A stretch of DNA of 64,000 bases, taken from assembly GCA_032718475.1 (NCBI GenBank), contig JAUCBJ010002937.1, positions 119,883 to 183,882 on the forward strand, given 5' to 3'. A program made the position numbers and the translations under genes. Of the stretch, positions 1 to 15,000 are shown one piece after another. A model generated the notes under the pieces. That model saw only the letters and a program-made list of their open reading frames with translations, searched no databases and was not told where the DNA came from. The stretch's first letter is position 1, and the number at the start of each line of letters is the position of its first letter. This DNA is from Nemertoderma westbladi (Eukaryota; Animalia; Xenacoelomorpha).

Positions 1-3000
1 ATGGGGACCCTTTCTGTCCCAAACATATCGGTATTCAATACAATGACATGGGGACCCTTTCTGTGCATATCGGTATTCAATACAATGACATGGGGACCCT
101 TTCTGTCCCAAACATATCGGTATTCAATACAATGACATGGGGACCCTTTCTGTCCCAACATATCGGTATTCAATACAATGACATGGGGACCCTTTCTGTC
201 CCAACATATCGGTATTCAATACAATGACATGGGGACCCTTTCTGTCCCAAACATATCGGTATTCAATACAATGACATGGGGACCCTTTCTGTGCATATCG
301 GTATTTAATACAATGACATGGGGACCCTTTCTGTCCCAAACATATCGGTATTCAATACAATGACATGGGGACCCTTTCTGTCCCAAACATATCGGTATTC
401 AATACAATGACATGGGGACCCTTTCTGTGCATATCGGTATTCAATACAATGACATGGGGACCCTTTCTGTGCATATCGGTATTCAATACAATGACATGGG
501 GACCCTTTCTGTGCATATCGGTATTCAATACAATGACATGGGGACCCTTTCTGTGCATATCGGTATTCAATACAATGACATGGGGACCCTTTCTGTGCAT
601 ATCGGTATTCAATACAATGACATGGGGACCCTTTCTGTCCCAAACATATCGGTATTCAATACAATGACATGGGGACCCTTTCTGTCCCAAACATATCGGT
701 ATTCAATACAATGACATGGGGACCCTTTCTGTCCCAAACATATCGGTATTCAATACAATGACATGGGGACCCTTTCTGTCCCAAACATATCGGTATTCAA
801 TACAATGACATGGGGACCCTTTCTGTCCCAAACATATCGGTATTCAATACAATGACATGGGGACCCTTTCTGTGCATATCGGTATTCAATACAATGACAT
901 GGGGACCCTTTCTGTGCATATCGGTATTCAATACAATGACATGGGGACCCTTTCTGTGCATATCGGTATTCAATACAATGACATGGGGACCCTTTCTGTG
1001 CATATCGGTATTCAATACAATGACATGGGGACCCTTTCTGTGCATATCGGTATTCAATACAATGACATGGGGACCCTTTCTGTGCATATCGGTATTCAAT
1101 ACAATGACATGGGGACCCTTTCTGTCCCAAACATATCGGTATTCAATACAATGACATGGGGACCCTTTCTGTCCCAAACATATCGGTATTCAATACAATG
1201 ACATGGGGACCCTTTCTGTGCATATCGGTATTCAATACAATGACATGGGGACCCTTTCTGTGCATATCGGTATTCAATACAATGACATGGGGACCCTTTC
1301 TGTCCCAAACATATCGATATTCAATACAATGACATGGGGACCCTTTCTGTCCCGAACATATCGGTATTTAATACAATGACATGGGGACCCTTTCTGTACA
1401 TATCGGTATTCAATACAATGACATGGGGACCCTTTCTGTGCATATCGGTATTCAATACAATGACATGGGGACCCTTTCTGTGCATATCGGTATTCAATAC
1501 AATGACATGGGGACCCTTTCTGTCCCAAACATATCGGTATTCAATACAATGACATGGGGACTCTTTCTGTGCATATCGGTATTCAATACAATGACATGGG
1601 GACCCTTTCTGTGCATATCGGTATTCAATACAATGACATGGGGACTCTTTCTGTCCCAAACATATCGGTATTTAATACAATGACATGGGGACCCTTTCTG
1701 TGCATATCGGTATTCAATACAATGACATGGGGACCCTTTCTGTCCCAAACATATCGATATTCAATACAATGACATGGGGACCCTTTCTGTCCCAAACATA
1801 TCGATATTCAATACAATGACATGGGGACTCTTTCTGTGCATATCGGTATTCAATACAATGACATGGGGACCCTTTCTGTCCCAAACATATCGATATTCAA
1901 TACAATGACATGGGGACCCTTTCTGTCCCAAACATATCGATATTCAATACAATGACATGGGGACCCTTTCTGTCCCAAACATATCGATATTCAATACAAT
2001 GACATGGGGACCCTTTCTGTCCCAAACATATCGGTATTCAATACAATGACATGGGGACCCTTTCTGTGCATATCGGTATTCAATACAATGACATGGGGAC
2101 TCTTTCTGTGCATATCGGTATTTAATACAATGACATGGGGACCCTTTCTGTCCCAAACATATCGATATTCAATACAATGACATGGGGACCCTTTCTGTCC
2201 CAAACATATCGATATTCAATACAATGACATGGGGACCCTTTCTGTCCCAAACATATCGATATTCAATACAATGACATGGGGACCCTTTCTGTGCATATCG
2301 GTATTCAATACAATGACATGGGGACCCTTTCTGTGCATATCGGTATTCAATACAATGACATGGGGACCCTTTCTGTGCATATCGGTATTCAATACAATGA
2401 CATGGGGACTCTTTCTGTCCCAAACATATCGGTATTCAATACAATGACATGGGGACTCTTTCTGTGCATATCGGTATTCAATACAATGACATGGGGACCC
2501 TTTCTGTGCATATCGGTATTCAATACAATGACATGGGGACTCTTTCTGTCCCAAACATATCGGTATTTAATACAATGACATGGGGACCCTTTCTGTGCAT
2601 ATCGGTATTCAATACAATGACATGGGGACCCTTTCTGTCCCAAACATATCGATATTCAATACAATGACATGGGGACCCTTTCTGTCCCAAACATATCGAT
2701 ATTCAATACAATGACATGGGGACTCTTTCTGTGCATATCGGTATTCAATACAATGACATGGGGACCCTTTCTGTCCCAAACATATCGATATTCAATACAA
2801 TGACATGGGGACCCTTTCTGTCCCAAACATATCGATATTCAATACAATGACATGGGGACCCTTTCTGTCCCAAACATATCGATATTCAATACAATGACAT
2901 GGGGACCCTTTCTGTCCCAAACATATCGGTATTCAATACAATGACATGGGGACCCTTTCTGTGCATATCGGTATTCAATACAATGACATGGGGACTCTTT

Positions 3001-6000
3001 CTGTGCATATCGGTATTTAATACAATGACATGGGGACCCTTTCTGTCCCAAACATATCGATATTCAATACAATGACATGGGGACCCTTTCTGTCCCAAAC
3101 ATATCGATATTCAATACAATGACATGGGGACCCTTTCTGTGCATATCGGTATTCAATACAATGACATGGGGACTCTTTCTGTGCATATCGGTATTCAATA
3201 CAATGACATGGGGACCCTTTCTGTCCCGAACATATCGGTATTCAATACAATGACATGGGGACTCTTTCTGTCCCAAACATATCGGTATTTAATACAATGA
3301 CATGGGGACCCTTTCTGTCCCAAACATATCGGTATTCAATACAATGACATGGGGACCCTTTCTGTCCCGAACATATCGGTATTCAATACAATGACATGGG
3401 GACCCTTTCTGTGCATATCGGTATTCAATACAATGACATGGGGACCCTTTCTGTGCATATCGGTATTCAATACAATGACATGGGGACCCTTTCTGTCCCG
3501 AACATATCGGTATTTAATACAATGACATGGGGACCCTTTCTGTGCATATCGGTATTCAATACAATGACATGGGGACCCTTTCTGTGCATATCGGTATTTA
3601 ATACAATGACATGGGGACCCTTTCTGTGCATATCGGTATTTAATACAATGACATGGGGACCCTTTCTGTGCATATCGGTATTTAATACAATGACATGGGG
3701 ACCCTTTCTGTGCATATCGGTATTTAATACAATGACATGGGGACCCTTTCTGTGCATATCGGTATTTAATACAATGACATGGGGACCCTTTCTGTCCCGA
3801 ACATATCGGTATTCAATACAATGACATGGGGACCCTTTCTGTGCATATCGGTAATCAATACAATGACATGGGGACCCTTTCTGTGCATATCGGTATTCAA
3901 TACAATGACATGGGGACCCTTTCTGTGCATATCGGTATTCAATACAATGACATGGGGACCCTTTCTGTCCCGAACATATCGGTATTTAATACAATGACAT
4001 GGGGACCCTTTCTGTGCATATCGGTATTCAATACAATGACATGGGGACCCTTTCTGTGCATATCGGTATTTAATACAATGACATGGGGACCCTTTCTGTG
4101 CATATCGGTATTTAATACAATGACATGGGGACCCTTTCTGTGCATATCGGTATTTAATACAATGACATGGGGACCCTTTCTGTGCATATCGGTATTTAAT
4201 ACAATGACATGGGGACCCTTTCTGTGCATATCGGTATTCAATACAATGACATGGGGACTCTTTCTGTGCATATCGGTATTCAATACAATGACATGGGGAC
4301 CCTTTCTGTCCCAAACATATCGGTATTTAATACAATGACATGGGGACCCTTTCTGTCCCAAACATATCGGTATTCAATACAATGACATGGGGACTCTTTC
4401 TGTCCCAAACATATCGGTATTTAATACAATGACATGGGGACCCTTTCTGTCCCAAACATATCGGTATTCAATACAATGACATGGGGACCCTTTCTGTCCC
4501 GAACATATCGGTATTCAATACAATGACATGGGGACCCTTTCTGTGCATATCGGTATTTAATACAATGACATGGGGACCCTTTCTGTGCATATCGGTATTT
4601 AATACAATGACATGGGGACCCTTTCTGTGCATATCGGTATTTAATACAATGACATGGGGACCCTTTCTGTGCATATCGGTATTTAATACAATGACATGGG
4701 GACCCTTTCTGTGCATATCGGTATTTAATACAATGACATGGGGACCCTTTCTGTCCCAAACATATCGGTATTCAATACAATGACATGGGGACCCTTTCTG
4801 TGCATATCGGTATTTAATACAATGACATGGGGACCCTTTCTGTGCATATCGGTATTTAATACAATGACATGGGGACCCTTTCTGTGCATATCGGTATTTA
4901 ATACAATGACATGGGGACCCTTTCTGTCCCAAACATATCGGTATTCAATACAATGACATGGGGACCCTTTCTGTCCCAAACATATCGGTATTCAATACAA
5001 TGACATGGGGACCCTTTCTGTCCCAAACATATCGGTATTCAATACAATGACATGGGGACCCTTTCTGTGCATATCGGTATTCAATACAATGACATGGGGA
5101 CCCTTTCTGTCCCGAACATATCGGTATTCAATACAATGACATGGGGACCCTTTCTGTGCATATCGGTATTCAATACAATGACATGGGGACCCTTTCTGTC
5201 CCGAACATATCGGTATTTAATACAATGACATGGGGACCCTTTCTGTGCATATCGGTATTCAATACAATGACATGGGGACCCTTTCTGTGCATATCGGTAT
5301 TTAATACAATGACATGGGGACCCTTTCTGTCGCATATCGGTATTTAATACAATGACATGGGGACCCTTTCTGTGCATATCGGTATTTAATACAATGACAT
5401 GGGGACCCTTTCTGTGCATATCGGTATTTAATACAATGACATGGGGACCCTTTCTGTGCATATCGGTATTTAATACAATGACATGGGGACCCTTTCTGTC
5501 CCGAACATATCGGTATTCAATACAATGACATGGGGACCCTTTCTGTGCATATCGGTATTTAATACAATGACATGGGGACCCTTTCTGTCCCAAACATATC
5601 GGTATTCAATACAATGACATGGGGACCCTTTCTGTCCCGAACATATCGGTATTTAATACAATGACATGGGGACCCTTTCTGTGCATATCGGTATTCAATA
5701 CAATGACATGGGGACCCTTTCTGTGCATATCGGTATTCAATACAATGACATGGGGACCCTTTCTGTCCCAAACATATCGGTATTCAATACAATGACATGG
5801 GGACCCTTTCTGTGCATATCGGTATTCAATACAATGACATGGGGACCCTTTCTGTCCCGAACATATCGGTATTCAATACAATGACATGGGGACCCTTTCT
5901 GTGCATATCGGTATTTAATACAATGACATGGGGACCCTTTCTGTGCATATCGGTATTTAATACAATGACATGGGGACCCTTTCTGTCCCAACATATCGGT

Positions 6001-9000
6001 ATTCAATACAATGACATGGGGACCCTTTCTGTCCCAAACATATCGGTATTCAATACAATGACATGGGGACCCTTTCTGTCCCGAACATATCGGTATTTAA
6101 TACAATGACATGGGGACCCTTTCTGTCCCGAACATATCGGTATTTAATACAATGACATGGGGACCCTTTCTGTGCATATCGGTATTCAATACAATGACAT
6201 GGGGACCCTTTCTGTCCCGAACATATCGGTATTTAATACAATGACATGGGGACCCTTTCTGTGCATATCGGTATTCAATACAATGACATGGGGACCCTTT
6301 CTGTCCCAAACATATCGGTATTCAATACAATGACATGGGGACCCTTTCTGTCCCGAACATATCGGTATTTAATACAATGACATGGGGACCCTTTCTGTGC
6401 ATATCGGTATTCAATACAATGACATGGGGACCCTTTCTGTGCATATCGGTATTCAATACAATGACATGGGGACCCTTTCTGTGCATATCGGTATTCAATA
6501 CAATGACATGGGGACCCTTTCTGTGCATATCGGTATTTAATACAATGACATGGGGACCCTTTCTGTGCATATCGGTATTCAATACAATGACATGGGGACC
6601 CTTTCTGTCCCGAACATATCGGTATTTAATACAATGACATGGGGACCCTTTCTGTGCATATCGGTATTCAATACAATGACATGGGGACCCTTTCTGTCCC
6701 GAACATATCGGTATTTAATACAATGACATGGGGACCCTTTCTGTGCATATCGGTATTCAATACAATGACATGGGGACCCTTTCTGTCCCGAACATATCGG
6801 TATTTAATACAATGACATGGGGACCCTTTCTGTCCCGAACATATCGGTATTTAATACAATGACATGGGGACCCTTTCTGTGCATATCGGTATTCAATACA
6901 ATGACATGGGGACCCTTTCTGTCCCGAACATATCGGTATTTAATACAATGACATGGGGACCCTTTCTGTGCATATCGGTATTCAATACAATGACATGGGG
7001 ACCCTTTCTGTCCCGAACATATCGGTATTTAATACAATGACATGGGGACCCTTTCTGTCCCGAACATATCGGTATTCAATACAATGACATGGGGACCCTT
7101 TCTGTCCCGAACATATCGGTATTCAATACAATGACATGGGGACCCTTTCTGTCCCGAACATATCGGTATTTAATACAATGACATGGGGACCCTTTCTGTG
7201 CATATCGGTATTCAATACAATGACATGGGGACCCTTTCTGTCCCGAACATATCGGTATTTAATACAATGACATGGGGACCCTTTCTGTGCATATCGGTAT
7301 TTAATACAATGACATGGGGACCCTTTCTGTGCATATCGGTATTCAATACAATGACATGGGGACCCTTTCTGTGCATATCGGTATTCAATACAATGACATG
7401 GGGACCCTTTCTGTGCATATCGGTATTCAATACAATGACATGGGGACCCTTTCTGTGCATATCGGTATTTAATACAATGACATGGGGACCCTTTCTGTGC
7501 ATATCGGTATTCAATACAATGACATGGGGACCCTTTCTGTCCCGAACATATCGGTATTTAATACAATGACATGGGGACCCTTTCTGTGCATATCGGTATT
7601 CAATACAATGACATGGGGACCCTTTCTGTCCCGAACATATCGGTATTTAATACAATGACATGGGGACCCTTTCTGTGCATATCGGTATTCAATACAATGA
7701 CATGGGGACCCTTTCTGTCCCGAACATATCGGTATTCAATACAATGACATGGGGACCCTTTCTGTCCCGAACATATCGGTATTCAATACAATGACATGGG
7801 GACCCTTTCTGTCCCGAACATATCGGTATTCAATACAATGACATGGGGACCCTTTCTGTCCCGAACATATCGGTATTTAATACAATGACATGGGGACCCT
7901 TTCTGTGCATATCGGTATTCAATACAATGACATGGGGACCCTTTCTGTCCCGAACATATCGGTATTTAATACAATGACATGGGGACCCTTTCTGTGCATA
8001 TCGGTATTTAATACAATGACATGGGGACCCTTTCTGTGCATATCGGTATTTAATACAATGACATGGGGACCCTTTCTGTGCATATCGGTATTTAATACAA
8101 TGACATGGGGACCCTTTCTGTCCCGAACATATCGGTATTTAATACAATGACATGGGGACCCTTTCTGTGCATATCGGTATTCAATACAATGACATGGGGA
8201 CCCTTTCTGTCCCGAACATATCGGTATTTAATACAATGACATGGGGACCCTTTCTGTGCATATCGGTATTCAATACAATGACATGGGGACCCTTTCTGTG
8301 CATATCGGTATTTAATACAATGACATGGGGACCCTTTCTGTGCATATCGGTATTCAATACAATGACATGGGGACCCTTTCTGTCCCGAACATATCGGTAT
8401 TTAATACAATGACATGGGGACCCTTTCTGTCGCATATCGGTATTTAATACAATGACATGGGGACCCTTTCTGTCCCGAACATATCGGTATTTAATACAAT
8501 GACATGGGGACCCTTTCTGTGCATATCGGTATTTAATACAATGACATGGGGACCCTTTCTGTGCATATCGGTATTCAATACAATGACATGGGGACCCTTT
8601 CTGTGCATATCGGTATTCAATACAATGACATGGGGACCCTTTCTGTCCCGAACATATCGGTATTTAATACAATGACATGGGGACCCTTTCTGTGCATATC
8701 GGTATTCAATACAATGACATGGGGACCCTTTCTGTGCATATCGGTATTTAATACAATGACATGGGGACCCTTTCTGTCCCGAACATATCGGTATTTAATA
8801 CAATGACATGGGGACCCTTTCTGTGCATATCGGTATTTAATACAATGACATGGGGACCCTTTCTGTGCATATCGGTATTTAATACAATGACATGGGGACC
8901 CTTTCTGTGCATATCGGTATTTAATACAATGACATGGGGACCCTTTCTGTGCATATCGGTATTCAATACAATGACATGGGGACCCTTTCTGTGCATATCG

Positions 9001-12000
9001 GTATTTAATACAATGACATGGGGACCCTTTCTGTGCATATCGGTATTCAATACAATGACATGGGGACCCTTTCTGTGCATATCGGTATTTAATACAATGA
9101 CATGGGGACCCTTTCTGTGCATATCGGTATTTAATACAATGACATGGGGACCCTTTCTGTGCATATCGGTATTTAATACAATGACATGGGGACCCTTTCT
9201 GTCCCGAACATATCGGTATTCAATACAATGACATGGGGACCCTTTCTGTGCATATCGGTATTTAATACAATGACATGGGGACCCTTTCTGTGCATATCGG
9301 TATTTAATACAATGACATGGGGACCCTTTCTGTGCATATCGGTATTTAATACAATGACATGGGGACCCTTTCTGTGCATATCGGTATTCAATACAATGAC
9401 ATGGGGACCCTTTCTGTGCATATCGGTATTCAATACAATGACATGGGGACCCTTTCTGTCCCGAACATATCGGTATTCAATACAATGACATGGGGACCCT
9501 TTCTGTGCATATCGGTATTTAATACAATGACATGGGGACCCTTTCTGTGACATATCGGTATTCAATACAATGACATGGGGACCCTTTCTGTCCCGAACAT
9601 ATCGGTATTCAATACAATGACATGGGGACCCTTTCTGTCCGCATATCGGTATTTAATACAATGACATGGGGACCCTTTCTGTGCATATCGGTATTTAATA
9701 CAATGACATGGGGACCCTTTCTGTCGACATATCGGTATTTAATACAATGACATGGGGACCCTTTCTGTGCATATCGGTATTCAATACAATGACATGGGGA
9801 CCCTTTCTGTGCATATCGGTATTTAATACAATGACATGGGGACCCTTTCTGTGACATATCGGTATTTAATACAATGACATGGGGACCCTTTCTGTGCATA
9901 TCGGTATTTAATACAATGACATGGGGACCCTTTCTGTGCATATCGGTATTTAATACAATGACATGGGGACCCTTTCTGTGCATATCGGTATTCAATACAA
10001 TGACATGGGGACCCTTTCTGTCGCATATCGGTATTCAATACAATGACATGGGGACCCTTTCTGTCCCGAACATATCGGTATTTAATACAATGACATGGGG
10101 ACCCTTTCTGTGCATATCGGTATTCAATACAATGACATGGGGACCCTTTCTGTGCATATCGGTATTCAATACAATGACATGGGGACCCTTTCTGTCCCGA
10201 ACATATCGGTATTTAATACAATGACATGGGGACCCTTTCTGTGCATATCGGTATTCAATACAATGACATGGGGACCCTTTCTGTCCCGAACATATCGGTA
10301 TTTAATACAATGACATGGGGACCCTTTCTGTGCATATCGGTATTCAATACAATGACATGGGGACCCTTTCTGTGCATATCGGTATTCAATACAATGACAT
10401 GGGGACCCTTTCTGTGCATATCGGTATTCAATACAATGACATGGGGACCCTTTCTGTGCATATCGGTATTCAATACAATGACATGGGGACCCTTTCTGTC
10501 CCGAACATATCGGTATTTAATACAATGACATGGGGACCCTTTCTGTGCATATCGGTATTCAATACAATGACATGGGGACCCTTTCTGTGCATATCGGTAT
10601 TTAATACAATGACATGGGGACCCTTTCTGTGCATATCGGTATTTAATACAATGACATGGGGACCCTTTCTGTCCCGAACATATCGGTATTCAATACAATG
10701 ACATGGGGACCCTTTCTGTCCCGAACATATCGGTATTCAATACAATGACATGGGGACCCTTTCTGTCCCGAACATATCGGTATTTAATACAATGACATGG
10801 GGACCCTTTCTGTCCCGAACATATCGGTATTCAATACAATGACATGGGGACCCTTTCTGTCCCGAACATATCGGTATTTAATACAATGACATGGGGACCC
10901 TTTCTGTCCCAACATATCGGTATTCAATACAATGACATGGGGACCCTTTCTGTCCCGAACATATCGGTATTTAATACAATGACATGGGGACCCTTTCTGT
11001 GCATATCGGTATTCAATACAATGACATGGGGACCCTTTCTGTCCCGAACATATCGGTATTCAATACAATGACATGGGGACCCTTTCTGTGCATATCGGTA
11101 TTCAATACAATGACATGGGGACCCTTTCTGTCCCGAACATATCGGTATTTAATACAATGACATGGGGACCCTTTCTGTGCATATCGGTATTCAATACAAT
11201 GACATGGGGACCCTTTCTGTGCATATCGGTATTTAATACAATGACATGGGGACCCTTTCTGTGCATATCGGTATTCAATACAATGACATGGGGACCCTTT
11301 CTGTCGCATATCGGTATTTAATACAATGACATGGGGACCCTTTCTGTGCATATCGGTATTTAATACAATGACATGGGGACCCTTTCTGTCCCGAACATAT
11401 CGGTATTTAATACAATGACATGGGGACCCTTTCTGTCCCAACATATCGGTATTTAATACAATGACATGGGGACCCTTTCTGTCCCGAACATATCGGTATT
11501 CAATACAATGACATGGGGACCCTTTCTGTCCCGAACATATCGGTATTCAATACAATGACATGGGGACCCTTTCTGTCCCGAACATATCGGTATTCAATAC
11601 AATGACATGGGGACCCTTTCTGTCCCGAACATATCGGTATTTAATACAATGACATGGGGACCCTTTCTGTCCCGAACATATCGGTATTTAATACAATGAC
11701 ATGGGGACCCTTTCTGTGCATATCGGTATTCAATACAATGACATGGGGACCCTTTCTGTGCATATCGGTATTTAATACAATGACATGGGGACCCTTTCTG
11801 TGCATATCGGTATTCAATACAATGACATGGGGACCCTTTCTGTGCATATCGGTATTTAATACAATGACATGGGGACCCTTTCTGTGCATATCGGTATTTA
11901 ATACAATGACATGGGGACCCTTTCTGTCCCGAACATATCGGTATTTAATACAATGACATGGGGACCCTTTCTGTCCCGAACATATCGGTATTCAATACAA

Positions 12001-15000
12001 TGACATGGGGACCCTTTCTGTCCCGAACATATCGGTATTCAATACAATGACATGGGGACCCTTTCTGTCCCGAACATATCGGTATTCAATACAATGACAT
12101 GGGGACCCTTTCTGTCCCGAACATATCGGTATTCAATACAATGACATGGGGACCCTTTCTGTCCCGAACATATCGGTATTCAATACAATGACATGGGGAC
12201 CCTTTCTGTGACATATCGGTATTCAATACAATGACATGGGGACCCTTTCTGTCCCGAACATATCGGTATTTAATACAATGACATGGGGACCCTTTCTGTC
12301 CCGAACATATCGGTATTTAATACAATGACATGGGGACCCTTTCTGTCCCGAACATATCGGTATTCAATACAATGACATGGGGACCCTTTCTGTCCCGAAC
12401 ATATCGGTATTCAATACAATGACATGGGGACCCTTTCTGTCCCGAACATATCGGTATTTAATACAATGACATGGGGACCCTTTCTGTGCATATCGGTATT
12501 CAATACAATGACATGGGGACCCTTTCTGTGCATATCGGTATTCAATACAATGACATGGGGACCCTTTCTGTCCCGAACATATCGGTATTTAATACAATGA
12601 CATGGGGACCCTTTCTGTGCATATCGGTATTTAATACAATGACATGGGGACCCTTTCTGTGACATATCGGTATTCAATACAATGACATGGGGACCCTTTC
12701 TGTCCCGAACATATCGGTATTTAATACAATGACATGGGGACCCTTTCTGTGCATATCGGTATTCAATACAATGACATGGGGACCCTTTCTGTCCCGAACA
12801 TATCGGTATTTAATACAATGACATGGGGACCCTTTCTGTCCCGAACATATCGGTATTCAATACAATGACATGGGGACCCTTTCTGTCCCGAACATATCGG
12901 TATTTAATACAATGACATGGGGACCCTTTCTGTCCCGAACATATCGGTATTTAATACAATGACATGGGGACCCTTTCTGTCCCGACATATCGGTATTCAA
13001 TACAATGACATGGGGACCCTTTCTGTCCCGAACATATCGGTATTCAATACAATGACATGGGGACCCTTTCTGTCCCGAACATATCGGTATTCAATACAAT
13101 GACATGGGGACCCTTTCTGTCCCGAACATATCGGTATTCAATACAATGACATGGGGACCCTTTCTGTCCCAAACATATCGGTATTCAATACAATGACATG
13201 GGGACCCTTTCTGTCCCGAACATATCGGTATTCAATACAATGACATGGGGACCCTTTCTGTCCCAAACATATCGGTATTCAATACAATGACATGGGGACC
13301 CTTTCTGTCCCGAACATATCGGTATTTAATACAATGACATGGGGACCCTTTCTGTCCCGAACATATCGGTATTCAATACAATGACATGGGGACCCTTTCT
13401 GTCCCGAACATATCGGTATTCAATACAATGACATGGGGACCCTTTCTGTGCATATCGGTATTCAATACAATGACATGGGGACCCTTTCTGTCCCGAACAT
13501 ATCGGTATTCAATACAATGACATGGGGACCCTTTCTGTCCCGAACATATCGGTATTCAATACAATGACATGGGGACCCTTTCTGTCCCGAACATATCGGT
13601 ATTCAATACAATGACATGGGGACCCTTTCTGTCCCGAACATATCGGTATTCAATACAATGACATGGGGACCCTTTCTGTCCCAAACATATCGGTATTCAA
13701 TACAATGACATGGGGACCCTTTCTGTCCCGAACATATCGGTATTCAATACAATGACATGGGGACCCTTTCTGTCCCAAACATATCGGTATTCAATACAAT
13801 GACATGGGGACCCTTTCTGTCCCGAACATATCGGTATTCAATACAATGACATGGGGACCCTTTCTGTCCCGAACATATCGGTATTCAATACAATGACATG
13901 GGGACCCTTTCTGTCCCAAACATATCGGTATTCAATACAATGACATGGGGACCCTTTCTGTCCCAAACATATCGGTATTCAATACAATGACATGGGGACC
14001 CTTTCTGTCCCGAACATATCGGTATTCAATACAATGACATGGGGACCCTTTCTGTGCATATCGGTATTCAATACAATGACATGGGGACCCTTTCTGTGCA
14101 TATCGGTATTCAATACAATGACATGGGGACCCTTTCTGTCCCGAACATATCGGTATTCAATACAATGACATGGGGACCCTTTCTGTGCATATCGGTATTC
14201 AATACAATGACATGGGGACCCTTTCTGTCCCGAACATATCGGTATTTAATACAATGACATGGGGACCCTTTCTGTCCCGAACATATCGGTATTTAATACA
14301 ATGACATGGGGACCCTTTCTGTGCATATCGGTATTTAATACAATGACATGGGGACCCTTTCTGTGCATATCGGTATTTAATACAATGACATGGGGACCCT
14401 TTCTGTCCCGAACATATCGGTATTTAATACAATGACATGGGGACCCTTTCTGTCCCGAACATATCGGTATTTAATACAATGACATGGGGACCCTTTCTGT
14501 GCATATCGGTATTCAATACAATGACATGGGGACCCTTTCTGTGCATATCGGTATTTAATACAATGACATGGGGACCCTTTCTGTCCCGAACATATCGGTA
14601 TTTAATACAATGACATGGGGACCCTTTCTGTGACATATCGGTATTCAATACAATGACATGGGGACCCTTTCTGTCCCGAACATATCGGTATTCAATACAA
14701 TGACATGGGGACCCTTTCTGTCCCGAACATATCGGTATTCAATACAATGACATGGGGACCCTTTCTGTCCCGAACATATCGGTATTTAATACAATGACAT
14801 GGGGACCCTTTCTGTGCATATCGGTATTTAATACAATGACATGGGGACCCTTTCTGTGCATATCGGTATTCAATACAATGACATGGGGACCCTTTCTGTC
14901 CCGAACATATCGGTATTTAATACAATGACATGGGGACCCTTTCTGTGCATATCGGTATTCAATACAATGACATGGGGACCCTTTCTGTCGCATATCGGTA

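Noticed and set aside
1-47. Satellite-encoded hammerhead ribozyme (minus strand has GGGAC-AGAAAGG-GTCCC)
   Set aside because: No CUGANGA core on either strand and no three-stem junction; the GAAA lies in a simple hairpin loop.
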